Positions 12,511-25,052 of a stretch of DNA of 64,000 bases are shown one piece after another; within the stretch, counting starts at the first letter, position 1; the number at the start of each line of letters is the position of its first letter. Origin of the DNA: Klebsormidium nitens (Eukaryota; Plantae; Klebsormidiophyceae); the NCBI GenBank assembly GCA_000708835.1, contig DF237105.1, positions 33,783-97,782 on the forward strand, given 5' to 3'. A model generated the notes under the pieces. It had not been told where the DNA came from, did no database searches, and saw only the letters and a list, made by a program, of their open reading frames with translations. The translations under genes and the position numbers were made by a program.

Positions 12511-12879
12511 TTATCTGCTGTGAGGAAGCGAAGCCAATAAATGTTTCTGTGTCTTGTAACGGTCGATGTTATTGCTAAAGTATTTGTCCATATTCCTCAA
12601 CACCAGCTCAGCACCCGTCCTGGTGCGTACAACGTCCAAAGAAACAGCAATCACCCTTTCCTCGAGTGCTTTAAATGTGCGTCTGAATGCTTTGTGTGGA
12701 TTGTTGTTCCGGTATTTTCTGTCCGTTTTGGCCACCGCTATGTATCCTACATGGTTTAATTTGTCTAAAGTGTACTCAGCTTCACGGATGTTACTGTGTA
12801 CCAAAACATCTGCATACAAGATGGAGCCCTTCAAATACCAACTGAAAGCATCATATGTTTCACCAGGGAAGAAGTTCAT
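12511..12879 (-). CDS. Intronless 122-aa hypothetical protein
   Basis: ATG-started ORF with globular-looking composition; no family recognised. Confidence 0.35.
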   Translation of the reverse strand: MNFFPGETYDAFSWYLKGSILYADVLVHSNIREAEYTLDKLNHVGYIAVAKTDRKYRNNNPHKAFRRTFKALEERVIAVSLDVVRTRTGAELVLRNMDKYFSNNIDRYKTQKHLLASLPHSR

Positions 12880-13203
12880 TTTCTATTCGGTGACGGAAAT
12901 CTTTTGATGTAGACGCAGAAAAATCCACAAATTACTATTCGCCCAAGTCCTCCAGAGTTGCCACCCCAAGTTTGCAGGAAGGGCGATTCATGTGCTTCCT
13001 CGAGAGGTCGTTTTACTCTTTACTCTGAATAGTAGGCCCCTGCTGGAGGCGCTACTTGGGACCTGATTGTCGCCGACTAGCAAAACAAACAGGGACGAGC
13101 GGGCCTATCGTACTCGTAAGACACAATGCTCCTCCCAAAACAGCGTCGTAATCCCCATCTTACAAACAGATGCCTTGTAATACATTGCACTTTCCAAACC
13201 CTT

Positions 13204-16200
13204 TTATGGCGCCATCTCTAGTGGTCGTAGAACATCCATGGCCGACTGCATCCACACATCCTCCATATACTTGGCCGCCTCGACCTGATTCATGTCCTGA
13301 CCGTCAAACCCCCCGCTGGCAACAAGGTTGTCACCAGCCCAGAAGCATCCTCCCCGCAAAGTCAATCGGCTCCTCCACCCCCCACCTCTGAACCGGCGCG
13401 GTGTCGCCACTCAGGGCCGCAGTGACGTCAATGCTCCTGGGGCTCAAGCCGTCCCCCTCAGAGGGATTCACGTTGCTCTTGTTCTGCCCCAAGGGGAGCA
13501 GGGGCATGCTCGCATCGATGCGGACCAGTGCTGCGGCTGCCGCCGCTGCGGTGAACGAGTTTGAGCGCCCCACGCTGCTCAGCATCGCCGCCCGCTGAAA
13601 AGAGTTGGACCGCGCGAGGGCCGCGGCCAGCGAGCCCGTGCTACCGAACGGACCGGGGAGGGAGGGCAGATTCTCCTGCTGCACGCAACTCCCCTCAAGC
13701 TTCGTCAGCTCCTCGAGCACCGCCTGCATGTCATCCTCTGTCGGCAGCCCCTCGCTAAACTTCCTGGCATGAAGTCCCCCCCCTGCCGGGGAGCAAACCT
13801 CCACCCCCCCAGGCTGAAAAATGCGGTGCGCGGCAGGCAGCTCAAGTGGCGCAGGGGGCTGCAGCTCCCTCTTGCGCTTCCCCCCCGGCCCAGACCGGCG
13901 GGCATTGTTTCCTGGGGGAGGGTTTACGAAACCGGGCTCCTCAGCGTCCGCTTCCAGCCAGTTAAAGTAGGCCCCGAGCGTCGCGCGCGTGCATGGGGTC
14001 AGTGTGGCAAGGAGGTCGCAGTCGAGGCTTGAGCGCAGGTAGCGGATCTCGAGGAGCGAGTGCCGGACCTTCGCAAAGAGGCTGTCGAGGACGGCGACGC
14101 AACCGTCGATGCCGAATTCCTTGGTTCGGGAAGCGTACATGCCAGACAGCTCCTTGGGCCACCAGGCAGGCTCCTGCAAAGGAGGTTTGTAGAAGGGTCA
14201 AGGCTTGGTTTCCCAATGGTTTTAAACAAGCCTTACCTAATGGTTTTGAACTGCGAAATCCTGAGGGTTGGAAAAAAATAAAGTGTGAAATCCTGAGGGT
14301 TGGAAAAAAATAAAGTGTCGGCAAAGGTACAAAGTGGATGCACTTTTGCACGGGGACACAAGCCAGAAAGACACTCGGTATGCAGTTTGAGAACGGTCCA
14401 CTGAAAGCTTGCGAGGTTTTGAGGGTACGTCATACAGACAGTTGGGACGGTATCTGCTCGCATGCACACATGGAAGGGTGAAATTTGAATGCACTTTGCG
14501 AAAGGTAGGAAAACAATCTGCATTTTTGGGTTGTAACTGCAGGGCGAAGTGGGCATATGCAAAGGGGACTACGAAAAAGCTGGAGCTGAGTAGAGGACAA
14601 CTGGAGCCTTTGAGAAAGTCCAAGCAAACCATAGTAGGGGACAATCAATGCATGGAAGATGAATCCAGTTTGTCGCAAAGAACCAATACCAGGGAGTGAC
14701 TTTGAAGACAACAGCTTGATTGAAAGGACCGGAGTAAATTACATACAATAGAACTCAGGTTTCAGTAGATGGTGGGGGTCTTCTCAAAAAGCCCAGTATT
14801 CAGAGCACTGAACCTTGAGCATATGCCAGGCACCGGAGCTGACTAAGTCACTAACCCCACAACATGGATGGAGCAGCAACTTCAGCTTAAAGACATTCTC
14901 ATGGACTTAAAGCAAATGAATGCTCGAGACACTATAAAGGTGGCCCGCCAATTCTGAGGCTAATTGATGCTTGCATGCATCAAGGACCAGTCCCAGCTTC
15001 TATATTCTCAAGGCAAATTCGTCAAACACCAGGATTGTTCTGAGCGAAAAGTCAAATGCAAGCCAACATACATTTCACACCTGAAGCACAGGGCCGAAGA
15101 ACAAGATTGGAAGCAAAGAACTAGTATGGACCATCCCTTACCTTTGATTTGGACCTGGGGGCATTGCCGTTGGTCACCTTGGCGATCAGGCGAGCAACCA
15201 GGGGATGAAGCTCCCGGAATCTGCTCTTGCTCTTTCCAGTGGCATTGCTCCTTCCGAATAGCTCAGCACAAGGCTTGGGGCTCCCCTTCCGATCAACAAT
15301 CTCGATGGACCTGAGGATGGGGTAAAAGAGTCAACAACTTGTATGCAATGAGGTAAGGACATTAAAGGTGAATAGGCAAGAATCCTTTAAGCAGAGAGCT
15401 CCTCATAACCTTCTGATTCAAGAGGAACCCTATGGTTGCAAGTGAACACAGGTGCACTGGCACGCTTGTAAAAGAACAGATTCCTGAGGGACACGAGCAC
15501 GATGTATGCAAAGCCCGAGTAACTCGGGCTTTGCATCAAGATAGTAGACGGAGCAGTTTCCACTGTGTACTTAGCAGACACAAATATTGCAACAGACCAA
15601 GGTGGTTCTTAGATCTACATTCGATTCTCCAAGCAACTACTCTCACACACCACATCAAACTGGGATGATTTTTCAGCCATGACAACATCCCGAAGCCTTA
15701 ATTCTGCTGCTTTCAGAACAACCGTGTTTTGATACAAGAAGGGTGCGAGATAGGCTTGCACTATGTAGAGATGGTCTATGAGCAAGAATGGAACCTCAAA
15801 GGAGCAAATGCCCCTTGGTCTCATTGGTGGACAGGCCCATTCTGATCAACAGAAATATAACTGCATTCTCACATTTGCCCTTCCTTTTGAGCGACACGGG
15901 CCACATCGTCTCTGGTCTTCTGCAGCTCCTCCTGGTAGTTGCCGGAGCATCCTGCCAACTGCGTCCCATCCTCAAACTGGACACAGAATACCATGCAGCA
16001 CACACCACAGTCCTCCTCAATCTTGGGATTGAACAGCTGCTTGACGGCAGCCTCAAGCACCCTCCTCTTACTAACAGTCAGGCGCGTCGCAAGCTCTCTG
16101 TAATCCATCTCCTGCTCGATTTTTGACACAAGATTGAGAGCTCCATTCGGCGAGCTTCTCGTCATTCTTGGCTGGTCGGGGTCCATTTTGGGATGGCGGA

Positions 16201-16273
16201 GCCCCCGCACAGGCGGAGGACTCCATGACCCCGACCCTTCTCTCTTGTGGAATGCCAGTTTTGCAGATGGCAT
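13204..16273 (-). CDS. Multi-exon gene of unknown function, probably frameshifted at its 3' end
   Basis: Large GC-rich exon after acceptor cctcctttgcag near 14174 (EPAWWPKELSG...); further exon near 15140-15310 (SIEIVDRKGS..RSKSK|gtaag); donor gtgaga near 15872. Confidence 0.45.
14254..14318 (+). repeat. 32-bp tandem duplication
   Basis: gaaatcctgagggttggaaaaaaataaagtgt occurs twice. Confidence 0.9.
15506..15536. other. Perfect palindrome/hairpin (14-bp arms around taa)
   Basis: atgcaaagcccgag-taa-ctcgggctttgcat. Confidence 0.9.
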
Positions 16274-16482
16274 TCAGAAGGCTCCTGGCGTGTTGAACAG
16301 AATGAAGTGCTAAGGTATTGAGAATCTTCCGTTGACACTTGCACTGCGAGAGTGGATGCTTTTAGTAGTATAAATTTGACAATCAAAATTCGGTCCGCTG
16401 ATTGCTGTCCATGGTAAGATTAGTGAAGCTACCCACGCTAGAAGGATGACACATGGCGCCTGCATCACCGCGCATCGTGATG

Positions 16483-16788
16483 TTACGGATTCTCTGACGA
16501 CCTTTTTGCCATTTTCAATCTGAAGATCTCCGTTCGGTCCCACCAAATCTGATTTCCAGTCACCAGCTCCACAAAACCGCCCCCTTGCATGTGAAAGGAG
16601 ATTCCCATTGACCCTTTTTGCCCTGTACCTATGTTTCTCTTATACCGTACTTGGCCGCAAGTTTTAATGTGTCGTGTTATTAGTTGTACCGAGTACTTTT
16701 CATATGGGTTTACTAAAGCAGTGATCCAAATTGTAACACGTGGCTTCGCAAGGACCGAGACATATCTAAACAATCCGACAAGATCCAT
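16483..16788 (-). CDS. 101-aa hypothetical ORF
   Basis: ATG-started, protein-like composition; no motif recognised. Confidence 0.25.
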   Translation of the reverse strand: MDLVGLFRYVSVLAKPRVTIWITALVNPYEKYSVQLITRHIKTCGQVRYKRNIGTGQKGSMGISFHMQGGGFVELVTGNQIWWDRTEIFRLKMAKRSSENP

Positions 16789-17510
16789 TTCGAGCTATAT
16801 GAACCGTTAATTAAGATACTGACTTGGCGGCGTGGCCGAACTTTTCGAAGTGTTGTGCGTGGGAGGACAGAAGCGACTCCGGATCAGTGAGGCTTTCTCC
16901 TCGGAAAAGGAAAAGACGCCATTGAAACCCACAATTCCTCCCAACTTAACCCTTGTTTTAACTCAATTTCCCACAACTTGCCTCATCGTATCCATGAAGC
17001 TGACCTCGATTGTATTGGATGCAACTTATAACTATAATGATTCTAGGACGTTCGATGACTTGGGTCCCGATTACAGTCAACTTGAGCCATTAGATGACCC
17101 AAGTTATAACTGTGGGTTTTTGAGACGTTGGATGACTTGGGTCACAATCGCAGTCATCAGCGTCAACCGGGTTCAGAGTTGTATGGCCGCTTTTATCACC
17201 CACCCATGGCTCCTTACGGGACTTTAAAAATTGAATTGATTGATCACGCCACGTGGTAGACCGTAGAAGAATCATTGGGATAAAGTGAAGCCCGTCGGCT
17301 GATACCCCACTTTTTCAGCTGCCCAAGCTAGAAAGGATACACGCACTACCTCAGGATCATACTCTTCTTCAAGCACTTTTTGCCAATGCAATCTGGATAT
17401 ACTGTCACCTTTGCCTTCAATCTACTTTTCCAGAGTAAAGCGCTGCAATATCTTTTGAGATCCTGAAGAGTAGGGCCTTTCTTGAAGGGTGGCCTCTGAA
17501 CCCCCTGTGA

Positions 17511-19561
17511 GTGGATGGTTGGAAATGCAGGAGGCAGCCACATCCGAGCAGGGAGAGAGCCACGTTGCAACTGAAAAGCAGGGAAGGAATGGAGCTTGCA
17601 AGTGGGCTGCCTAAACTCGTGTCTAGCGTGGTTCTGGATTCAGAGAAGTCAGAAAGGCAGGCGGCACAGGATGGGCAGTCTGTGCCCTTCACTTCCAGCT
17701 GGAGCCCCCTGGCTTTGTCTTGCCCGCTTACCACATTCGGGTCACGAGTCAGCATGCCCAAGCCACGTTCTCTCCTCAAAAGTGCGAGTGCAGGTGTGCT
17801 CCCGCCATTATGGATGCAGGGGCCTGCCAGTTTACCCAGCATAGCGTGCAAAAGGCTCACAATGCAGGGGGATTGCAGGAACAGCACAGGCGAAAGCAGG
17901 TCACCAGTCAAGGACCCCGCATACATCAGCCGGCTGATCCACGCAGCGAGCTGGGACGTAGGCACCCAGCTGCTATTGCAGCCTGAGGCAGCAACGGCGT
18001 TCGCAGAGGTGGACGTGGGCCAGCCCGGGGAAGCAGTCCGGCCCGCAGGGTCCCGTAAGCAGGAAAGCTCGCACTTGTCCCTGCTGAGCGCTGTCCCCTT
18101 ATCATGCGCTCAGCCAAAAGCGCCTCAGCAGTCACTCCAGCTGGAGGTCAGCTGCTCACACGCAGTAGCAGGACCGCAGATGGAGGAGCCCCCTCTGTGG
18201 CCCATGGAAACGCTGCGTCGAGCATTGAGCTGGGGCAAGGACCGCATGAACAGCGGGTGGTCCACATACAGCAACGCTGAGTTCTGCAGGTGAGGGTGCG
18301 CCTGATGATGTAGGGACAATTCAAAGGTGGTGGGACTATGTCTGGAAGGGGTGCACTGGGGCGAAGTATGCACGGTCTCGTCAATTGCGGCCTTTCTAGA
18401 ACACTGGCGCTCAAATTAAATTGTCCAGTTCTCTCGCCTCCTCCCTGGGCGCCTCCGCCGCCTGCCACAGCGGGAACGGGCGGTAGCCCAGGAAGGCGAG
18501 GCAGCGCGCCGCTGCCGTCACTGTCTCCGGAAGCTCTGTCTCTTCGACGGGGGAGGGGTTTGTAATGTTGACACTACTTGCTGGACTCCCGGTTACAATC
18601 GCCGGGAGCTTTACTGGAAGCTGGCTATTCACACTATCTACAGGCTGTAAGATATGTACAGTATCTACAGGGTTATGTACAGGGGTGTCAATGCCCCCCT
18701 CGCTGGCGCTGTTATCTACAAGCTCGAATCCGGCGGGGGTGAGCTCTGGGTAAGACTCTCTAGGCTTCCCTGAGGCGCTTGGGCTGCTGGCCGCGGCCTT
18801 GCTGGAGCCCGGGATGCTTAGAAGGTTCGGCAGGAAGCCGCAGGCAGTGTGAGTCTGATCACAGACTCTGGCAGCAAAGCTCGGATATCACCTGAAGATT
18901 TGTGATTTGGGGAACGGCAACAATGACATGCTCCTTGCATGCTGTTTCTGTGCAGAATCTGTTACACAATAGGTGCCGAGGAGCCCCTTATTGAGATCGG
19001 GTGTGACTGTCGAGATGGCCTCAACCTGGTGAGCTGCACCCCTTTCCTTCCTTTATGCCGCGTGTGCCACACACCATGGTGCTGTGCTGCTTGCACTCCC
19101 TGGGCTGTTTGCTTGCATCATTCCTTGGATCCCAAAGAAGGTCTCAGGTGAGCAACCCTCACTCATCTTTCCCCATTGCAGGCCCATCGCACGTGCATCA
19201 CCCATTGGTTCACAAGTCGGGGTAACAACAAGTGCGAGATTTGCACTTGCGAAGCGGCCAACATTCCTGCACCACTCCCGGTGAGGTGCCTTGACGGACC
19301 CAAAAGCGATGAACCAAGGATAGAAAGGACATGGTTTGCGTACTCTTATCATTTTCAGACTGAGAGGGAGACTCTTGCGGTTTTCAATGCACGGCACTCG
19401 TGGCACTGGTGCCGTTCATGGTGTTGTTGGTTGCTCGCAATGTTGTCTCTAATAAATCTCTGCTGTCTGCGTTCTAGCTTCTACCTCAGGATCCCTCCCG
19501 TCCTGCCCCCTCCGAGCCGGAGCGCGCGCCTCCTACCCCAATACGCAGGGAAGCAGTGCGC
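17511..19561 (+). CDS. RING-CH (RINGv/MARCH-type) zinc-finger protein, putative E3 ligase
   Basis: Exons ...-18289, 18956-19028, 19182-19280, 19490-19561 (phases 2, 0, 0) splice to CRICYTIGAEEPLIEIGCDCRDGLNLAHRTCITHWFTSRGNNKCEIC. A hydrophobic stretch near 19830-19900 may be a further transmembrane exon. Confidence 0.85.
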
Positions 19562-21351
19562 GTGAGTGCAAGCCCGACCTTCGTTTCTTGACCTAGGGAC
19601 GCCAGTCACGCCAGTCACTTCAGCAGGGCACCTCGGTTCTCAAGGTCAAAGAACCTTTCATGGGCGCCTTGGTGCAGCTCGGTTTGCTCTTTCTTGGGTT
19701 GCGTATTCTGGACTCATGCGGCTGAGTGCAGGCGCCTGGGGTTCCTGTCAGGCGCCGAGAGTCCAAACAGAGCTCCAGTAATGACTTGGATGGCACTGCG
19801 TGCGCTCTCAAGCAGCATCTCTTCGCCTTTGGGGATTCGGCGTCTACTTGCAGTTCTTCAGTTTCATACTGCTGGCCTCCACTCTTGTGAAATCTTGCTA
19901 CCCGAAGATCCGCGCCCAACAGAAATAGGCCCAGCTTTAGGCCTGCACATCAGAGTTGAGGTTGGATTGCTAGCCAACTGGCACCTTCCTGCTATGCTAC
20001 CGCAGCCATGGACATTAGAAGCTTTGGACCATTGCTGCCGTCAACTAGACTCGCAAGATCATAACTGCGATGTTTCGCTCCAAGATTGTACGAAATTTCA
20101 ATACAGAATGCGCTGCAAACTCAGCACTTATACTTGGAGAGTGACTTAGTGTTTCCCACAAGCTTCTGCAGTGCACAAATTTTCAAGACGTGAAGGACTA
20201 GTCATTAAAGCACTTTTGAGGAAGCTACATTCTGCGGCTGTACTTCAAGCTGTTTGTGACATACTATGCTGCTTGATGACCGTAGTTGGCCTTCCAAAAA
20301 TTTAGTCTGGCTAATCAGGATTGATTTTTGTTGTTCTTCTACTTTTGTGCAAGTTTATCGAGAATTCTGTTGTCGTATCTTGTCTTGTCTTCGTTACGTC
20401 GTATAATCTTCCTTGATCTCCACTCTTGTCGTCATACTTGCGTACATGCCACCATCTCACTCTTACATATGTAGGTGGCTCGGATCTACTCCATTTCCGT
20501 ATCAGCGGCCGTCCTTGGTGTTCTCTCGGCTGCTGTCATCATTGTAATCGTATCGAGGTCCTGAGCCCAGTGTCCAAGTGTAGAGAGGACTTGAAATGGC
20601 AAAGAAGAACGGGCTGTCTTCTTACAGGCTGGTTGTCGAGTAATTTGATGCATCTTGTGGTACGTTCTCTAGTACAGTTTGGTCAGAGAAAAATTTGGCA
20701 CACCCCTAGCCGTATTTGGATGTGTGAACTCGATTGCCGCACAGTACATTCTGTTCTAGCCCGGTCTAGCCTGCGTCTTGAATTCCAAAGGCCTTCCGCA
20801 GGCTGTGACTATCGAGATGCATATCCAAGCTATCTTATGAGCTGCGTTGACGTCTCTGTTCCACACCATGCGACACTGCGGGGTTGTACACACTCGCACA
20901 TTGTAGGGCGTCCGTGGCTCTGCTTCATCCTCGCCGTTCCTCCTTCGCGCACCCGTTTCATGGTGCGGACATTGAAATCATCCACCTCTTCAAGACAGAC
21001 GCTACAAATCATGCTGGTCCGGAATTCTCCACCAGCACAACTTGCACCCCGTGGTGGCTCTGCAAGAGCCTATTTTAGGGTTTTTGGGGTAGTCTCTGGA
21101 ACCATTCCTTGCAAAGTGCACAGGAAAAACTTGCCATTTCACAACGATATTTCCTGAAGCTGAGCTTTCACAGCACTGGGTCTCTTAGTGAAGAAGGAGC
21201 AGCAATGAATGTCAGCATTTTACTGATAGCACAGTTTCACAGAGCACAAACGCTCTATGGCAATGTGTGTTTAGTATGGAGCATTCTTGAAAACAAGAGC
21301 AAGCGTTGACTGGAGCCCATCATCCGAGAAATGCACTTCTCTCAAACTTGC

Positions 21352-21690
21352 TTACGTTGCAAGATTCCGAACTGGTGAAACTTCTGTTCTTGCATCCCTG
21401 TAGCTTTTCAGAAAGTTCATCATCGGGGCCCTCAGCTCCTCTCTGATCGCGCAGTGGTCCTCTATGAACTTCTGTAGCTTGTCATTGCTCGCCAAATACT
21501 GATTAAGGCTCGCCTTCATCGCGGTCGGGGTTTCGCCAAGCCCACCGCGCATGTACCAATCGACAGCCCCCCTAACCAAGTAGGAGAGCAATTGTTCCAG
21601 CGACCCCTTCTCCATCATCCTCTGCTTCAGCTCGAGATCGACGAGTCTGTGCCGCGCGTTCGTTGGATCGAACCTCTGTGTTGGAGAAAA
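21352..21690 (-). pseudogene. C-terminal fragment of a D5-like primase-helicase
   Basis: RFDPTNARHRLVDLELKQRM..LEQLLSYLVRGAVDWY..GETPTAMKASLNQYLASNDKLQKFIEDHC aligns by eye to ERLIDYQLNEKI..QMLAWLVRGSIAWY..GELPRKMQEALKGYVEANDHLENFIADHC of ORF 57074..58489. Confidence 0.8.
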
Positions 21691-22656
21691 CCAACATTTC
21701 GGCCGAACGGTTTCCCACCATTCCACCCAGAATCCAGGCCATCCTACCTGAGTTGCACCCATTATACTATCTTGTTTGTTAGAAACACCAGACTACTTTT
21801 GTTTGTTTTGAGGAGGACAGAAGGACAGCTATTGATTCCGTGAATGAAAAATTAGAACGCCAGTGTCTACGGCATGTCTTTTGCCGCCCATGGCATGTTT
21901 CTTGTTCCCTGTGACGTAGTTTGTGAATGAATACAAAGTGCTGACGACACCGATGAGTTTTTGCGTGATGACGATGAGGTGGCGCTGGGAGTGGAGGGCT
22001 GCGAGGAGGACGGACGCGAGTGGTGGTGAGAAGGCATGATGGGGCAAATCGAGCGAAGACTTGTGCTCTACCGGACGAGGCCGTGACAGCAAGTGTGTGG
22101 ATGGGACGCCGTGAGGAGCTTACCCGTTCTGGAGAAGATGCCTCTTTTTGCTTGTGCTCGACACCTCTTCTCTGACTTGACGTGCTCGGCAAGTGGGCGG
22201 TCATGTTGTCGGGAGGTGCCTGCAGAAGAGTACGCACTACGTCAGGACCCCCCTTTTCAGGTGTCCTCTGGAGTGGAACTTTGGGTCAGCCCCTTCCCAC
22301 ATGGCACGTTCTGATTTGTCGAGAGTGATGGTGTGCTACGCTGATGTGTTTTTAGAATGTCTGTTGCTGCCTGTTATAGTTTCCCTGGAAGTTCGGGCAA
22401 AGTCAACCACGGCACCTCACCTGTTGCGCAGGGCTGCCGCTGTGGTGGTTCAAAAGAGAGCCGCTGTTGCAGGTTCGGCTCGAGTCCGGCACCTGGCGCA
22501 CAATGGATGACATATAAGGAAGTCTCGGGGGTGCGATAGAGCATGTTGGAGAATCTGCAGTCACGCAGTGTTGTGTCCGTGCCGTTAAGCGATAGAGAAG
22601 TGGGAATAGAGAAGGAGTTAAAGACTCCGTGCTCAAGGCAAGTGAAAGTCAGCACG

Positions 22657-23428
22657 ATGGCCCAAGTCAGGACCAAACCTTTACGAACCATTCAACATAT
22701 CAGGTTGGACGGCGCAACCCAGAAAGCTTCAGTAAATGGCGTGGTGCAGGCGGTTAGTAGGTGTGATCAAGCGCATATTACGCAGACATATACACGACTG
22801 GCTTGCGAATTCCCAGAGTTCAAGGCACCTGGTGATAGGGTGCAAAAGGTACGGATAAATGGCGTTGGTAGATTGACGCCAGTAGCTGACATGACAACTC
22901 TTATTGAGATAGCCTACGTCCTTCCTGGAAAGGTGGCAACGGCGTTCCGGAGATCCTTGGCCAGCATGATTTGCCGCATGATTCATAGAGGAGATCGAGC
23001 GCCGACACACGAACCTCTCAAAAACCGATGTTCAGGTGGGGCGGTTGACGAGTATGGAGCAGCATCTCATACCGTTCAAGAGTCTGTTGTGGGACGAAGC
23101 AAAATTCGCGGAGCTTAAAGAAGCTGCCAGTGAAAAGAGTCTCATGGGGTCTGTCTATCTGGTGACTTCTACAGACATGAACGTGGTAAAGACAGGGTCG
23201 TGGCGAGGTACCATCCCAGCCCTGAGGAGTCGTTATGCTACTTACTACGGTCAGAACATACAACTATAGGCATTTGCCACAGAGAATTGCCGTTTGGCAG
23301 AGGCATCCTGTCATCGGGTCCTGGCTCCATACCGAGTTTCAATCGAGCTATTTCAACCTGGGCACATCGAACAATATCTAGAAACACTGAAGGACGTCTG
23401 CGAGGAGTGTCTCATCTATCCTGGTTGA
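22657..23428 (+). pseudogene. NCLDV-type DNA-binding domain (KilA-N/Bro-N-like) fused to a T5orf172/GIY-YIG-like domain, two frameshifts
   Basis: TPVADMTTLIEIAYVLPGKVATAFRRSLASMICRMI; second frame GSVYLVTSTDMNVVKTGSWRGTIPALRSRYATYYG; third frame AFATENCRLAEASCHRVLAPYRVSIELF. Intronless. Confidence 0.7.
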
Positions 23429-24195
23429 CATCTGAGCTGGACATAGTCCTGGTCAATTGATAGGACTTTGAATGTAATATGTTCAGACTTTAGTCGCTTA
23501 TTTGTACTGAATTGAGGCATCTGACGGACCTGAGCTGGAATGGATCAAAGAGTGAGTAACGACCAAAAAACGCAGCTCATAATCTGACAGAATGTTTACT
23601 TGCATCAATCTGGCGTGATAAAGCAAATGGGTTGGTTGTGAATTCTGTGAATGCCTAAGTGTCAAATGCAGGAGTATAAAACTACATTTACAACACACAG
23701 GGATCTGTGCCAACAAAGTAGTCAGATAGACGGAATCCACGATGACTTCCACAGCTTACCTGATCCTCAGCGCCGCCTCTATTTTGCTCCCGCAATCTCC
23801 GTTGTCGACACCCCATCCAAGGCAAGCTACTCATGTCTTCGATGGCCATGACAACAGAAAACTAATGTTTCTTCAGCATACTCCTTGCTTGCCGCCTCTT
23901 CAACAAGATAAAACAAAATGCTCAGTATTGAGTGTTCTGAGTTGTCTGTGTCAAGGCCTCATATCGGAGACCAAGTTAAATAGCCCGAGTGCTTGCAGTC
24001 TGCTGTGGAGGCCGTCATACATACACTCACATTAGGTGTGCTGACCGGGACGGTAACGTTTGTGCCCCAAGAAATGGCGGGACTGAGGAATCTGACCGCC
24101 ACGTACTACATTAGCACGCGTGTCAGTCAGTATTGTGAGTCAGCAAGTGACCACGTGATAAACAGGACATCTGGCAGTCACATGCTCCGTTGAGA

Positions 24196-24352
24196 AAACC
24201 CTGTTGGACCTGGGAGCTCAACAAACCCTGTTGGACCTGGGAGCTCAACAAACCCTGTTGGACCCGGGAGCTCAACAAACCCTGTTGGACCCGGGAGCTC
24301 TACAAACCCCGTTGGACCCGGGAGCTCAACAAACCCTGTTGGACCTGGGGCG
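24196..24352 (+). repeat. 27-bp minisatellite, 6 copies
   Basis: aaaccctgttggacc(t/c)gggagctcaac at 24196, 24223, 24250, 24277, 24304, 24331. Confidence 0.95.
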
Positions 24353-24867
24353 CTCAAACCTTTACCTTGCCCCGAAAAGGTGATTGCTAGCTGGTCTTGG
24401 ACTTCAGGTTTCCACGTACACCAGTCAAACTGAGATGTCAAAATAAGGCACTGCTAGTTGGACTTGGGCATGAGGTTCCCCAAGTCATTGGTATGTACCG
24501 GGGGGACTCGCGCAGAATGCCCAGCATTGAGCAGGAACTTTTCCGAGTGAATCTAGGGCACGTTCAGTGGTCCCGGTCTCTGTTCGGTATGCCACGTGGC
24601 ATGTGTGCTCCGGAAGTTCAGGGGTTCAGCTTGGGGTCAGTGCCCGGTGGGTCGAGTCGGGTTCGAGGTTCCGCCGTTTGCGGCGCGAGTCGAATTGTAG
24701 CGGGTTTGGATTTAACCGAGGTCTAACCTGGTCCGGATGTCGGTTCCCAAGTGTCTTCCGAGTCAAAATTTATCCTGGCGGGGGGGTCCATCGGACGGTG
24801 GAAAAATTTCCGGAGGCTTCCCCCGGGCCGTCAGATAACTACGATTTCACCAGTCCCTAATAGGTTT

Positions 24868-25052
24868 CCTGGTGTGGACGGGCATAGGACGGGAGCCACT
24901 GTCGAAAAGTCAGCTGTCGGTCCTGTCTGTCCAGTCTGGTGGCGCCGTACATTACAATAATATTTCATATTGCCTGGTGTGGACGGGCATAGGACGGGAG
25001 CCAATACCTATGAGAAGTCCTGTCTGTCCTGTCTTGCTGTCTGGTGGCACCG
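24868..25052 (+). repeat. 105-bp-period direct duplication
   Basis: cctggtgtggacgggcataggacgggagcca is identical at 24868 and 24973, each followed by gtcctgtctgtcc..gtctggtggc. Confidence 0.85.

Noticed and set aside
20830-21012. RING finger starting ICSVCLEE
   Set aside because: Remaining Cys/His ligands are not correctly spaced and the ORF is short
24178-24441. Collagen-like protein (PGPTGFVEL)n
   Set aside because: Open frame is a by-product of the 27-bp minisatellite
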